DNA of 64,000 nucleotides from an uncultured Actinomycetota bacterium (lineage in GTDB: Bacteria; Actinomycetota; Actinomycetes; Jiangellales; Jiangellaceae), in assembly GCA_963799425.1 (NCBI GenBank), contig CAWCXA010000011.1:99263-163262 (forward strand), given 5' to 3'. Positions within the stretch are counted from its first letter, which is position 1. The number at the start of each line of letters is the position of its first letter. A program made the position numbers and the translations under genes. Shown here piece after piece: positions 9,515 to 18,181 of the stretch. A model generated the notes under the pieces. It searched no databases. It was not told where the DNA came from and saw nothing but the letters and a program-made list of their open reading frames with translations.

Positions 9515-10674
9515 GTCGCGAGCGGCGTCGCCGCCTGGCCCTCGGGTGGCGTTTCCGGGGCGGTCGCCTGCCATAGCTCCCGGGCGACCACTTGCAGTGC
9601 GCCCGCGGTGGGAATGGAAATCAGCGCTGCCACGAAGCTGCCGAAGAAACCGCCGACCCAGCTCCCGATCGACGTTCCGACCAGGATGGACACGAGAACG
9701 AGCAACGGATTGACGCGCACCGTGCGGCTCATCACCACGGGGTTCAGCACATGGTTCTCAATCTGCTGATAGGCAATGAAGACGGCCGCGGTGACGATGC
9801 CCGCGGTCAGCGAGTGGCCTAGGGCGTACAACACAGTGGGGATCCCTGCCAGCGCGCCGCCGACCATCGGCAGGAAGTCGACCAGGGCGACCCACAGGGC
9901 CCACAGCAACGGGAAGGGAATCTGGAGGGCCGTGAGCGTGACGAACACTGTGGCGCCGGCGATCACAGACGTCAGGAGGTTGCCCACCATGTAGCCGGTC
10001 ACCGACTGGTTGATCTCATGGGCTATTCGGGCATAACGGCTGGCACGCTCCGGCGGCAGCAAGGCCAGCAGTCCACGGCGCATCTTGGGGCCCTCAAGCA
10101 GCAGAAGCACCACGAGCACGGCGACGGTCCCCAGCGTCAACACCAGTGACGCTGCACCCTTGCCGACGGTGAGCGCCGGCTTGGCCAGGCCCTCACCGAT
10201 GGTCTCCAGCTTGGGGGCGTTCTGCTGCACCCAGGCTGCCAGGTGGAAGCGGCGCACCAGGTCGCCGATCCACCCGTGGCCATCTTGCGCGTCCTGGACG
10301 TAGGTAGGCAGCTGCTGCGACAGGTTGGTGAGCCCGCGCAGCAGTGGAGAACCGAAGGCCAGCATCAGGCCGGTGAAGACCAGCGCCGCCCAGAAGGTCA
10401 CGACTGCCACTGCCCAGCCGCGACGCCGGATTCCTCGGCGTTGTAGGTAAAGCACCAGCGGGTTCAGGATCAGGGCGATGAATCCCGCGATGGTCATCAT
10501 GAGAAGGACGTCGCGTAGCCGGTAGATGACCCTGCCCGCGAGGTAAGCGCCAGCAACTACGGCGACGGTAGTGATGATCGTGGCCAGCGGGACGCCCCGG
10601 TCGGCGGCGGCGACCGAAAGACGACCCCGCCGAGTGGGCACCGGGCGGGTCGCATCAACCTCGTCGGTGGTCAT
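9511..10674 (-). CDS. AI-2E family transporter (PerM-like permease)
   Basis: 387 aa and multi-TM. Family-typical C-terminal half ...LWALWVALVDFLPMVGGALAGIPTVLYALGHS.... Confidence 0.85.
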   Translation of the reverse strand: MTTDEVDATRPVPTRRGRLSVAAADRGVPLATIITTVAVVAGAYLAGRVIYRLRDVLLMMTIAGFIALILNPLVLYLQRRGIRRRGWAVAVVTFWAALVFTGLMLAFGSPLLRGLTNLSQQLPTYVQDAQDGHGWIGDLVRRFHLAAWVQQNAPKLETIGEGLAKPALTVGKGAASLVLTLGTVAVLVVLLLLEGPKMRRGLLALLPPERASRYARIAHEINQSVTGYMVGNLLTSVIAGATVFVTLTALQIPFPLLWALWVALVDFLPMVGGALAGIPTVLYALGHSLTAGIVTAAVFIAYQQIENHVLNPVVMSRTVRVNPLLVLVSILVGTSIGSWVGGFFGSFVAALISIPTAGALQVVARELWQATAPETPPEGQAATPLAT

Positions 10675-10924
10675 GCCTAACTTCCTCGTGGACCGTTGGT
10701 GATCCGTTCCCGTCTACGGACGACCCGGTGACTGCCGCGATGGCACCACCTAGCGATAAGGCGACCGCGGTGACCGCCAATACGACCAGAATTGCCAGTC
10801 GCCCCGGGATGCGTCGTCTGCGCGGTGTGAGGCGCCGCTCGAACCGACGTACGAACGCAGGGTCATAGCGGCGCAGCACCGTCTCGATCTCGGCCAGCTT
10901 GCGCCACTCCGCGTCGCTGATCAT
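10655..10924 (-). CDS. DUF3040-like small membrane protein
   Basis: ORF trimmed to ATG 10924. MISDAEWRKLAEIETVLRRYDPAFVRRFERR is followed by a single TM (LAILVVLAVTAVALSLGGAIAAV). Confidence 0.7.
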   Translation of the reverse strand: MISDAEWRKLAEIETVLRRYDPAFVRRFERRLTPRRRRIPGRLAILVVLAVTAVALSLGGAIAAVTGSSVDGNGSPTVHEEVRHDHRRG

Positions 10925-10971
10925 GGCAATACCTCGATTCGTAGCTGACCCGGAGTCGACGGCTGCAGTCA

Positions 10972-11598
10972 TCACGACGCACCGATCAAGCCGTTCGCGA
11001 GTGCGAACAGCACGAGCTCAGCGCGTGTCCCGAGCCTGAGCTTCCGCATGATGTGGGCACGATGCGTATCGACCGTCCGCACCGAGATGTAGAGCTTCTT
11101 GCCGATCTCCTGGTTCGTGTAGCCGAGCGCGAGCAGATGGAGGACGTCGCGTTCGCGGTCCGAAAGCGGCCCAAGGGCGGCCACCTCGTCCGCGACGACG
11201 AGTTGCGCGCCGAGGCTCGGATCGACGTAGCGTTCACCGGCCGAGACCCGGCGGATCGCCTCGATCAACTCGGTGACAGACGCTCGCTTGGGCACATAGC
11301 CGCGGGCGCCAGCCGTGATTGCCTGCCGTACCGACGTCGGTTGGGTCTGTGACGAGACGACCAACACGTGCGTCGCCGGGGACACTTTCAGCAGGTCCGG
11401 GATGACGTCGTAGCCGTTCCTCCGTGGCAGGACCACATCGAGCAAGACCACGTCGGGCTGCAATGCGCGGGCTTTGATGACCGCCTGCTCGGCGGTCCCG
11501 GCTTCGCCGACCGGCACAATGCCGTCCTCGTGCTCCAGCCGCAGGCGCAGCGAGGAGCGGAACAGTTCGTGGTCGTCGACGAGGAGAATGCGGATCAT
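10972..11598 (-). CDS. NarL/FixJ-family response regulator (receiver + LuxR HTH)
   Basis: ORF trimmed to ATG 11598 (MIRILLVDDHELFRSS...). C-terminal HTH LSDRERDVLHLLALGYTNQEIGKKLYISVRTVDTHRAHIMRKL. The start overlaps the kinase stop (ATGA at 11595-11598). Confidence 0.9.
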   Translation of the reverse strand: MIRILLVDDHELFRSSLRLRLEHEDGIVPVGEAGTAEQAVIKARALQPDVVLLDVVLPRRNGYDVIPDLLKVSPATHVLVVSSQTQPTSVRQAITAGARGYVPKRASVTELIEAIRRVSAGERYVDPSLGAQLVVADEVAALGPLSDRERDVLHLLALGYTNQEIGKKLYISVRTVDTHRAHIMRKLRLGTRAELVLFALANGLIGAS

Positions 11599-12287
11599 CG
11601 GTCGGTGCCGGTCAGGACGATCACCGCGCGGGTTCCGCCACCCGTGCGTGGCTTGAGCTCCAGCACACCCCCGAACCGGGCAACAAGCCGGCGACACAGG
11701 GCGAGGCCAAGCCGAGCGCCAGTGGTGTAGCCGTCGGTCGACCCGAGACCAACGCCGTCGTCGTCGACGACGAGGGCCCACCGATTCTCGGTAGCGACAG
11801 CCGAGACATGGACGCGGTTAGCGCCGGCCGCGATGGCGTTCGCCAGCAGATTCCGGAGTACGAGACGGAGGGCGGCCGGCGGCATCGGAAAGTCGCCCGT
11901 CGCGCTCGTGATCACCTCGGCGCGGATGTCGCCGAGGTCGGCCACGGCCTGCCGCACGCAATCGGCGATCGGCGCGAGGCCGTCGCTTGCCCGATCGGCG
12001 TGCACCGCCTCCAGGATGGAGTCGACAAGCTCGAGCGCGCGCTTCAGGCCCTCGCGCGGCGCGTCGCGCAGCAGGGCGGATAGCAGCGACGACCTGACGT
12101 CGTGGGCGACGAGTCCGGCGAAATCCTCAAGCGCCTCGTTCCTTCGCGCAAGCCGGGCGGCTTGCTCGGCAAGCTGCTCCGCGGTGTCGTGCACGCCCTG
12201 CCGGCCGGTCGCGAGCGCAACGTCGCGACCCCCGTGCCAGTCCGTGTAGCCCTCCTGGGTGCCGTCTGTCGCAGTTATCGTGCTCAT
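11595..12287 (-). CDS. soluble sensor histidine kinase (HisKA + HATPase_c only)
   Basis: 230 aa with no predicted TM or recognisable sensor domain. H-box FAGLVAHDVRSSL and ATPase boxes RNLLANAI, VVDDDGVGLG and GARLGLALCRRL. GAAGGA RBS upstream of ATG 12287. Confidence 0.8.
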   Translation of the reverse strand: MSTITATDGTQEGYTDWHGGRDVALATGRQGVHDTAEQLAEQAARLARRNEALEDFAGLVAHDVRSSLLSALLRDAPREGLKRALELVDSILEAVHADRASDGLAPIADCVRQAVADLGDIRAEVITSATGDFPMPPAALRLVLRNLLANAIAAGANRVHVSAVATENRWALVVDDDGVGLGSTDGYTTGARLGLALCRRLVARFGGVLELKPRTGGGTRAVIVLTGTDR

Positions 12288-12505
12288 GACCTGGGTTCCT
12301 TCTGCTGGAGAGGTCTTTGATGGCCTTGAGGTGCTCCGTGAGGACGATGCTCGGGTCCTGGTGAGATGCCCATGAGAGCGTGTGCGGTGCTGATGCGACT
12401 ACCCTCGCGCCGATCGGCGCCCGTCGTACCCGGGGCATACCCGGGGTAGTCACCTGGTCGACCCCGGGGACGGGCTCCGGTGGCCCGGGTGGCGAGTCGC
12501 ACGCC

Positions 12506-12541
12506 CCTCGGCGGCGGCCCCGTGGGGGAGCGCCGCCGAGG
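12506..12541 (-). terminator. GC-rich stem-loop downstream of the 472-aa repeat-protein gene
   Basis: Perfect 11-bp stem CCTCGGCGGCG / CGCCGCCGAGG with a 14-nt loop, 20 nt beyond the stop at 12561. There is no U-tract (I-shaped actinobacterial type). Confidence 0.5.
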
Positions 12542-12560
12542 AGCGTTGTGTCAGGTTGTG

Positions 12561-13979
12561 TCAGTACGCGCCGCCGCCTTGGATGAACGTGCCAGTCACG
12601 TCCATGACGAGTGCGCCTTGCTCCGCGTCGCCGATCTGTGCGTTGACGTCGCCCGTACCACCGATCACGACGTTGCCGTCATCGCGTGTGATGACGATGT
12701 TCTCGCCGACGGCGCGGTTGTCGTCGTCGTCGTAACCGTCAGCGCCGATGACGATCGCTTCCGATCCGGACGCGAGCGTGGTGCCTTCGTCGGTGTGCAC
12801 GGCGGTCGCGGCCCCGCCGCTGGCGTGCTCGACCCACGACTCGTACGGGAAGTCGAAGTCGTCGCCCCCCGTCGAGGGAGATGGGAGGACTGCTGCGGTG
12901 GCGGCGGGCGATGTGGGAGACGACGACTGCGTGGCCTGAGTCGCCGGCGTCCCGATGAGACCGGGAAGTGCGTCACCGTTCGGCTCCGCCGCCTCGGCGA
13001 GGTCATCGGAGTCCTCATCGTCATCGGAGTCCTCATCGTCGTCGGCGGGTGGCGGCTCGTCTCCGTTGCCGCCGCCGGAGGCGAGGTCGACGAGGGCCGC
13101 CGCCATCGTTTGCCAGGGCGCCTCATCCGCGGACTCGCTCCCACGGATGAAGGAGTCGGTGGCATCGATCACGTTCAATCCGCTCGCGTCAATGTCTCCG
13201 GTGTTCGCGTTGATCTGCCCGTTGCGGTCTCTGAAGAAGTTCGAGTCGTCCGTCGTTACAAGGATGTTCCGACCTGCGACGTCGGTCCGGTACGACTCCC
13301 ACTCCGAGAACGCGACCCCGCGGGATGTGGCGCCCGGCAGGGGGTTCCAGAGGTTCTGGGCGAAGAACGGCGGACTCACGAGAGGAGGCAGCGGTTGCGT
13401 CGGCCCCCAAGCGCCGATGCCAGTGACTGGGAACGAGAGCGGCGTGGCGATCGGTGGTTGCGCAGCGCTGGGGAGAGAGACGGGGGCTACGTCGGCGGGG
13501 ACGCGCATCGGTGTCCCCACGACGTTGTCGTCGGTGGGCGTGGCCTGGGTGTTGCTGGGTGCGGGAGCAGCACTCGGGCCGGCGGGCGGGTCGGGGGTGT
13601 TCGAGCCACCGGTGACAGAGACGATGCGGACGCTGCTGTTTGGGGTGGTTGCTTGGCCGCGATAACCGTCGGGCGTCGCGACGATCTGGACTGTGCTGTT
13701 GACTGTTGCGGCGGCACCCTCGAGCGCCACTGCGGGTGGGGATGGGGCATCGTTGGTGACCGCCGGCGCGGCCGGGTCGGGCGCGCCGATGCTGCCCGGA
13801 GCGGCGTCGCCGGTCGCGGGATCCACGACCGGCGCACCAATGTCGGGTGCGGGCGGCGCCGTCGACGCGGTGCTCGCCATGACCAGGTCGGCGGCGCCGA
13901 TCAGCCAGCCACCGACGCAACCGACGGCGGCCAGGAAACCGACGATCAGCCATCTGAGGGAATTTGCAGGGATGTACAT
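12561..13979 (-). CDS. membrane-anchored secreted repeat protein (unrecognised ~60-aa repeat, acidic linker), paralogue of 13995..15308
   Basis: 472 aa. N-terminal TM (LRWLIVGFLAAVGCVGGWLIGAA) and Pro/Ala-rich spacer. Repeats end in NANTGDIDASGLNVIDATDSFIRGSES and GDVNAQIGDAEQGALVMDVTGTFIQGGG. GAAAGGA RBS. Confidence 0.7.
   Translation of the reverse strand: MYIPANSLRWLIVGFLAAVGCVGGWLIGAADLVMASTASTAPPAPDIGAPVVDPATGDAAPGSIGAPDPAAPAVTNDAPSPPAVALEGAAATVNSTVQIVATPDGYRGQATTPNSSVRIVSVTGGSNTPDPPAGPSAAPAPSNTQATPTDDNVVGTPMRVPADVAPVSLPSAAQPPIATPLSFPVTGIGAWGPTQPLPPLVSPPFFAQNLWNPLPGATSRGVAFSEWESYRTDVAGRNILVTTDDSNFFRDRNGQINANTGDIDASGLNVIDATDSFIRGSESADEAPWQTMAAALVDLASGGGNGDEPPPADDDEDSDDDEDSDDLAEAAEPNGDALPGLIGTPATQATQSSSPTSPAATAAVLPSPSTGGDDFDFPYESWVEHASGGAATAVHTDEGTTLASGSEAIVIGADGYDDDDNRAVGENIVITRDDGNVVIGGTGDVNAQIGDAEQGALVMDVTGTFIQGGGAY
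13002..13037 (-). repeat. 2 x 18-bp in-frame tandem repeat (encodes DEDSDD DEDSDD)
   Basis: GTCATCGGAGTCCTCATC occurs twice in tandem on the plus strand, inside the acidic linker of the 472-aa protein. Confidence 0.9.
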
Positions 13980-13994
13980 GGGGACAGTCCTTTC

Positions 13995-15308
13995 TCACGG
14001 TGAGGTTGGAGTTGGTGACGTCTGGGAGGCGGAGTTGCCGGTCGTGATCTGCGAATCGGTGATGTCCATCACCACCGCGCCACTCGTGTCGCTGTCGCCG
14101 ACCTGGGCGTTCACGTCGCCGACGCCACCGACCGCGACGTTCCCGTCGTCGGAGGTCGCGACGTTGTGATCGCCGTGCATTGTGACGCTGGCGTCGACGA
14201 CCCCGTTGCCGCCGATGACCAGCGAGTCAGCCCCGGACGCCGTAGCGGTGCCGTTCTGGGAGGTCACGGACGCCGAAGCGGTCCCCGGCGCCGGGGTCGG
14301 CACTGCCACCACCGGCGTGGACCGGGCAGGCTCAGCTGACGAGGCGGAACTGCCGGAGCGGACCACCGAGCGCGTCGCGTCAACGACGTTCAAGCCGCTC
14401 ATGTCGGTGTCACCGGTGTTCCCGTTGAGATCGCCGGCGCGGTGATAGAAGACGTTCGAGTCGTTGTTGGTCAACAGGTTGTGGTTGCCAACGACCTCAA
14501 GCGCTTTGTTCTCGTAGCCCGCGATTGCGACCGCGCGTGTAGGCGGCCCGCTGCCCGCAGCCGTGTTCGTCGTCGCGGTGGCGACGGGTGCGCCCCCCTG
14601 GGTGCCCGTCGGAGATCCTGGCGTCGTTCCAGAAGACCCGCCGGCCGACACGCCGTGGGAACTACCGGACGTGACCACTGAATCGACGACCTCGAGGGCG
14701 ATTACGCCGCTTGCTGCCGCATCGCCGGTGTTCGCCTTCACGACGGTGTTGTCGCCCACCGAAATGATCGAACCGTTGTTCGCGATCACAATGTGATCGC
14801 CGATCGCGATCACGGACAGGCCTTCCACCCGATCGGCACCGCGGATTCCAGTTGGCCCGGAATCCGTGAGCTCCCGTGACGAATCGCCCACGAGGCGCGT
14901 CTGCGTTGCCGAGAACATTGGCGCGGACGCGGACGCGACCGAGCGAGGCGAGAAAGACGTAAACGTCTGCGTCGGCGCGGAGCCGGACGAGGCCGAACGC
15001 CGGGAGGATGACATGATCCTGTACGTGGACGCCCGCGGCGTACGTGCCGTGTGTGCGCTACTGGGCACGGGCAGCAAGGCGACCGGCGGTCCTGCCTGGC
15101 TGACTGGCGCTTCGGGCATCACGATCGTGACATTGACGGGCGGACTCGCCGATTGACCTCGCGGGACCGCTGCCGCCGGCCGCGAGGAATCGGCCGGTGC
15201 GACGGTACTTGTTCGCGAGCCGTCGGCGACGGCTGCGCGCAGCATTCCTCCGACGAAGAGTGCCACGAGAGCACCTACTCCCACGAGCAACCACTTCGGT
15301 ATGACCAC
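13995..15308 (-). CDS. membrane-anchored secreted repeat protein (three copies of the ~60-aa repeat)
   Basis: 437 aa with a GTG start and AGGAAAGGAAAG upstream. N-terminal TM (WLLVGVGALVALFVGGML). Three repeats end in KANTGDAAASGVIALEVVDSVVTSGSS, NGNTGDTDMSGLNVVDATRSVVRSGSS and GDVNAQVGDSDTSGAVVMDITDSQITTGNS. Confidence 0.7.
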   Translation of the reverse strand: MVIPKWLLVGVGALVALFVGGMLRAAVADGSRTSTVAPADSSRPAAAVPRGQSASPPVNVTIVMPEAPVSQAGPPVALLPVPSSAHTARTPRASTYRIMSSSRRSASSGSAPTQTFTSFSPRSVASASAPMFSATQTRLVGDSSRELTDSGPTGIRGADRVEGLSVIAIGDHIVIANNGSIISVGDNTVVKANTGDAAASGVIALEVVDSVVTSGSSHGVSAGGSSGTTPGSPTGTQGGAPVATATTNTAAGSGPPTRAVAIAGYENKALEVVGNHNLLTNNDSNVFYHRAGDLNGNTGDTDMSGLNVVDATRSVVRSGSSASSAEPARSTPVVAVPTPAPGTASASVTSQNGTATASGADSLVIGGNGVVDASVTMHGDHNVATSDDGNVAVGGVGDVNAQVGDSDTSGAVVMDITDSQITTGNSASQTSPTPTSP

Positions 15309-15446
15309 GGGACTTTCCTTTCCTAATTAGCGCGGCGATATGGCTTCTCCGTGGCCGTCGTCAGCCACAGGTGTCTACATCGATGGCGACCATCGTGCGT
15401 ATCGACTAGGGAGAGTCACGGCCGTCGTGTAAGCCGGTGCGTGCCG

Positions 15447-16136
15447 TCAGCTGGTGACATCGAGCAACCGTGCGAACACGACCACGTTGTCCAGGTAGTG
15501 CCCGGACGAGCGGTCGAACGCCCCGCCACAAGTGATCAGGCGCAGCTCCGGCGACTGGGTCGGGCCGTACACCCGCTCGGTGGGGAAGCTGTCCTTGTCG
15601 TGCTGCTCGCGGGCGACGACCTCGAACCGGGCCACCGAACCGTCGGCGCGTTCGACCTCGACAAGCGCGCCAGGCGCCAGCTCCCGCAATCGGTAGAACA
15701 CGGCGGGGGCTGTCTTCGAGTCGATGTGGCCAGCGATCACGGCCGGCCCCGGTTCGCCCGGTACGGGCCGGTGCACGTACCACCCGGCCACCGAGAAGTC
15801 CTCGGGTACTTGGAGGGTGCCGTCAGGATTGAGGCCGAGGTCCACAAGGGGGGAGTTGACCCCGATCGAAGGAATCCTGACCACCGTGGGCGGCGGAGGC
15901 GGAGCGGGCACGGGTGCTGACGCCGTGGGCGGGGGCGGCGGAGCGGGCAGGGGGGGCGGTGAAGGTTTGAGCATGTCGCCGGTTGTCGTTGCGACTTCGG
16001 CGTCACTGGGTTGGCGCAAGGCCTCGGCGGGGGCCCTGGCGACCAGTCCGGTCACCGAGACGGTGACCAAGAAGAGGCCCAGCATGGCGGACATGGCGGT
16101 CAGGACAGGCCGCAGCGGACGGGATCGACGGTTCAT
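15447..16136 (-). CDS. class F-like sortase
   Basis: ORF trimmed to ATG 16136 with a GGAGG RBS. N-terminal TM and Pro-rich linker. Core motifs IPSIGVNSPLVDLGL, AGWY, PAVIAGHID and LRLITCGG (catalytic Cys), ending DNVVVFA. Confidence 0.8.
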   Translation of the reverse strand: MNRRSRPLRPVLTAMSAMLGLFLVTVSVTGLVARAPAEALRQPSDAEVATTTGDMLKPSPPPLPAPPPPPTASAPVPAPPPPPTVVRIPSIGVNSPLVDLGLNPDGTLQVPEDFSVAGWYVHRPVPGEPGPAVIAGHIDSKTAPAVFYRLRELAPGALVEVERADGSVARFEVVAREQHDKDSFPTERVYGPTQSPELRLITCGGAFDRSSGHYLDNVVVFARLLDVTS

Positions 16137-16250
16137 CGGTCGAGCCTCCGGGTGGTGAATCGAGTGTGATGCGCGTCGGTGGCCCGCACCCGCTGTGCGA
16201 GCCACCGATGCGTCAGGCGGCTTGCGCGGTCCCGGAAGGACCGCACCGTC

Positions 16251-16961
16251 TTACAGGGTGTCGCTCGACCCGGCGACGGCCGTGGCCGTCGAGCGGCGCC
16301 GGGCGGCCATCGCGCCCGCGGCGAGGAGCGCGAGGCCAGCACCACCGGCGAGCGTCAGCGGGAGGGTGCCCTCGCTGCCGTCACCGCCAGCAAGGAAGCC
16401 GCCACCAGTGGCGGCGCCGCCCTGAGGCGTGGCGCCCATCACGGGGTTAGCGGCCTGGCTCACACCGGTGCTGACCGGTGCGGCCTGGACCGGGCTCGGG
16501 GAGCCGGAGGGTGAGCTCTGGCTCGGGCCGGCCGGGGGCGCGATGGCGTCCGAGTCCGCCTCGTCGTCCTCGCTGTCGCCGGAGGAATCTGCCGGCTCCG
16601 CCGCCTCGGGGGCTTCGGTCGCGGCCGGGTCTTCGACGTCTGCCGGGTCTTCGACGTCTGCCGGGTCTTCGACGTCTGCCGGGTCTTCGACGTCTGCCGG
16701 GTCCTCGACGTCGGCTGGGTCCTCGACGTCGGCTGGGTCTTCGACGTCGGTCGGGTCCGTGGTGCCGGTGTCCTCGGGATCAGCCTGCTCCTCAGGCGCC
16801 TCGGGAGCCTCGGGAGCCTCGGGCAGGTCGGCCGTCTCAGTGACCCCGGACTCGTTGGGGTCGGGACCGGGATCGGTCTGGGCGTCCGCGGGAAGACCGA
16901 CCGCGATGCCGAGCATCATGGTCGCCGCCGCCACGGGGGTTAGGAGAATTGTCTTGCGCAT
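16251..16961 (-). CDS. secreted acidic tandem-repeat protein with C-terminal sorting-signal-like tail
   Basis: ORF trimmed to ATG 16961 (signal peptide MRKTILLTPVAAATMMLGIAVGLPADA). Contains (DPADVE)x7. The C-terminus reads TLPLTLAGGAGLALLAAGAMAARRR followed by a 13-aa tail. Confidence 0.7.
   Translation of the reverse strand: MRKTILLTPVAAATMMLGIAVGLPADAQTDPGPDPNESGVTETADLPEAPEAPEAPEEQADPEDTGTTDPTDVEDPADVEDPADVEDPADVEDPADVEDPADVEDPADVEDPAATEAPEAAEPADSSGDSEDDEADSDAIAPPAGPSQSSPSGSPSPVQAAPVSTGVSQAANPVMGATPQGGAATGGGFLAGGDGSEGTLPLTLAGGAGLALLAAGAMAARRRSTATAVAGSSDTL
16627..16752 (-). repeat. 7 x 18-bp in-frame tandem repeat (DPADVE units)
   Basis: GGGTCTTCGACGTCTGCC is repeated head-to-tail on the plus strand: 4 identical copies, then 3 variants. 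Confidence 0.95.
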
Positions 16962-17421
16962 GGTCTTGCTCCTTTGAGTTGGGTCGTGTCGAGCCGGTCG
17001 GATCGACACGGGCAGTGCGCGCGCCGTTCCACCACCGTCACGTCGATCCGCCTTTCTCGTCCCCGGGGCAGACCCGGGTCCGGTCCCTTGGCTGAGCCCC
17101 GGGGTGTGTGTGCCCGTGCTCGGCCTACTGGGCGAGTGACGCGGCGCAGAAAAACGGGCGAGATGCGAATAGCTAGCCGCACGCGTTGTGCCGGGTCGAC
17201 CTAGCCGCGCACATCTCCAATTGGTGAATGGCTACGTCGTGAGACTCGTCGCATCGACGCTGGCGGGGAGCAACCGGACCGACGTGCACGCACTGCCGCT
17301 GTCACGACGGGGTTGCCTTCTTCGTCGTCCTTTCCGCAACCACTCCGCGATGGCTCCGATGACGCGGAAGGTGCTGGCGGCTGACGATGGAGTGTCCGAT
17401 CAACAACGAAAGGAGCACGGA

Positions 17422-18075
17422 ATGTCCATGAACGACGACCTGGCGGCCGACGCCATCGCCGAGCTGTTCTGGGACCCCAAGGTGGACAACGAAGCTGTCT
17501 CTGTCTCCGCGGACGGCGGCAACATCACCCTGCGGGGGACCGTCGGGAGCCTGCGCGAGAAGCACGAGGCGCAGAAGGCGGTGCAGCGGGTGTACGGCGT
17601 GACCTCGGTCGACAACCAGCTGCAAGTGCGGCTGCTGAATGACCAGAGGCGCTCCGACGCCGACCTCCGCGGTGACGTCCTACAGGCGCTCATGCTCGAC
17701 AGCCTCATCCCGAGCACGGTCGACGCGAAGGTGGCGGACGGCTTCGTCACCCTCACCGGGACTGCGAACTGGCAGTACCAGCGCGACGAGGCCGAGTTTG
17801 TCGCCGAGAACATCGCCGGCGCTCTTGACGTCCTTGACGAGATCGAGCTCAAGCCCCCGACACCCAACGCCGGGGATACGAAGGACTCGATCGGGAGGGC
17901 GTTCAAGCGCAACGCGGCATTCGACGCCGACAACCTCCAAGTCTCGACCGATAACGGCACCGTGACCATTTACGGCACCGTGCGCTCATGGGCCGAACAC
18001 GACGAGGCCATCGATGCAGCGTGGGCGGCGCCGGGCGTCATGTCCGTGCGCGACGACATGACGATCGCGTACTGA
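17422..18075 (+). CDS. BON domain-containing protein (OsmY-like, three BON repeats)
   Basis: ORF trimmed to ATG 17422 with AAAGGAG 7 nt upstream. Repeated pattern ...VSADGGNITLRGTV.S..E...A...V.GV..V.N.L.V. Confidence 0.85.
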   Translation: MSMNDDLAADAIAELFWDPKVDNEAVSVSADGGNITLRGTVGSLREKHEAQKAVQRVYGVTSVDNQLQVRLLNDQRRSDADLRGDVLQALMLDSLIPSTVDAKVADGFVTLTGTANWQYQRDEAEFVAENIAGALDVLDEIELKPPTPNAGDTKDSIGRAFKRNAAFDADNLQVSTDNGTVTIYGTVRSWAEHDEAIDAAWAAPGVMSVRDDMTIAY

Positions 18076-18181
18076 CACGCAGCTGCAGGCGGCGCGCACG
18101 GTGTCACCCCGCCGCTCGCGCCGCCTGCGGTCACCGGGGGCCGCTGGCTCTCGCCCGACTTGAAGGAAAGGAACCCCTGTT

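Noticed and set aside
12480-14003. 507-aa plus-strand ORF
   Set aside because: It is antisense to the 472-aa repeat-protein gene. The translation is Arg/Gly-rich, and the minus-strand product has a TM anchor, an RBS and a paralogue.
16627-16752. Tandem 18-bp repeats (also 13002-13037 and 34247-34321) as a possible CRISPR array
   Set aside because: The repeats are contiguous with no spacers, are multiples of 3 bp, and lie in frame inside coding sequences. They encode low-complexity peptide repeats.
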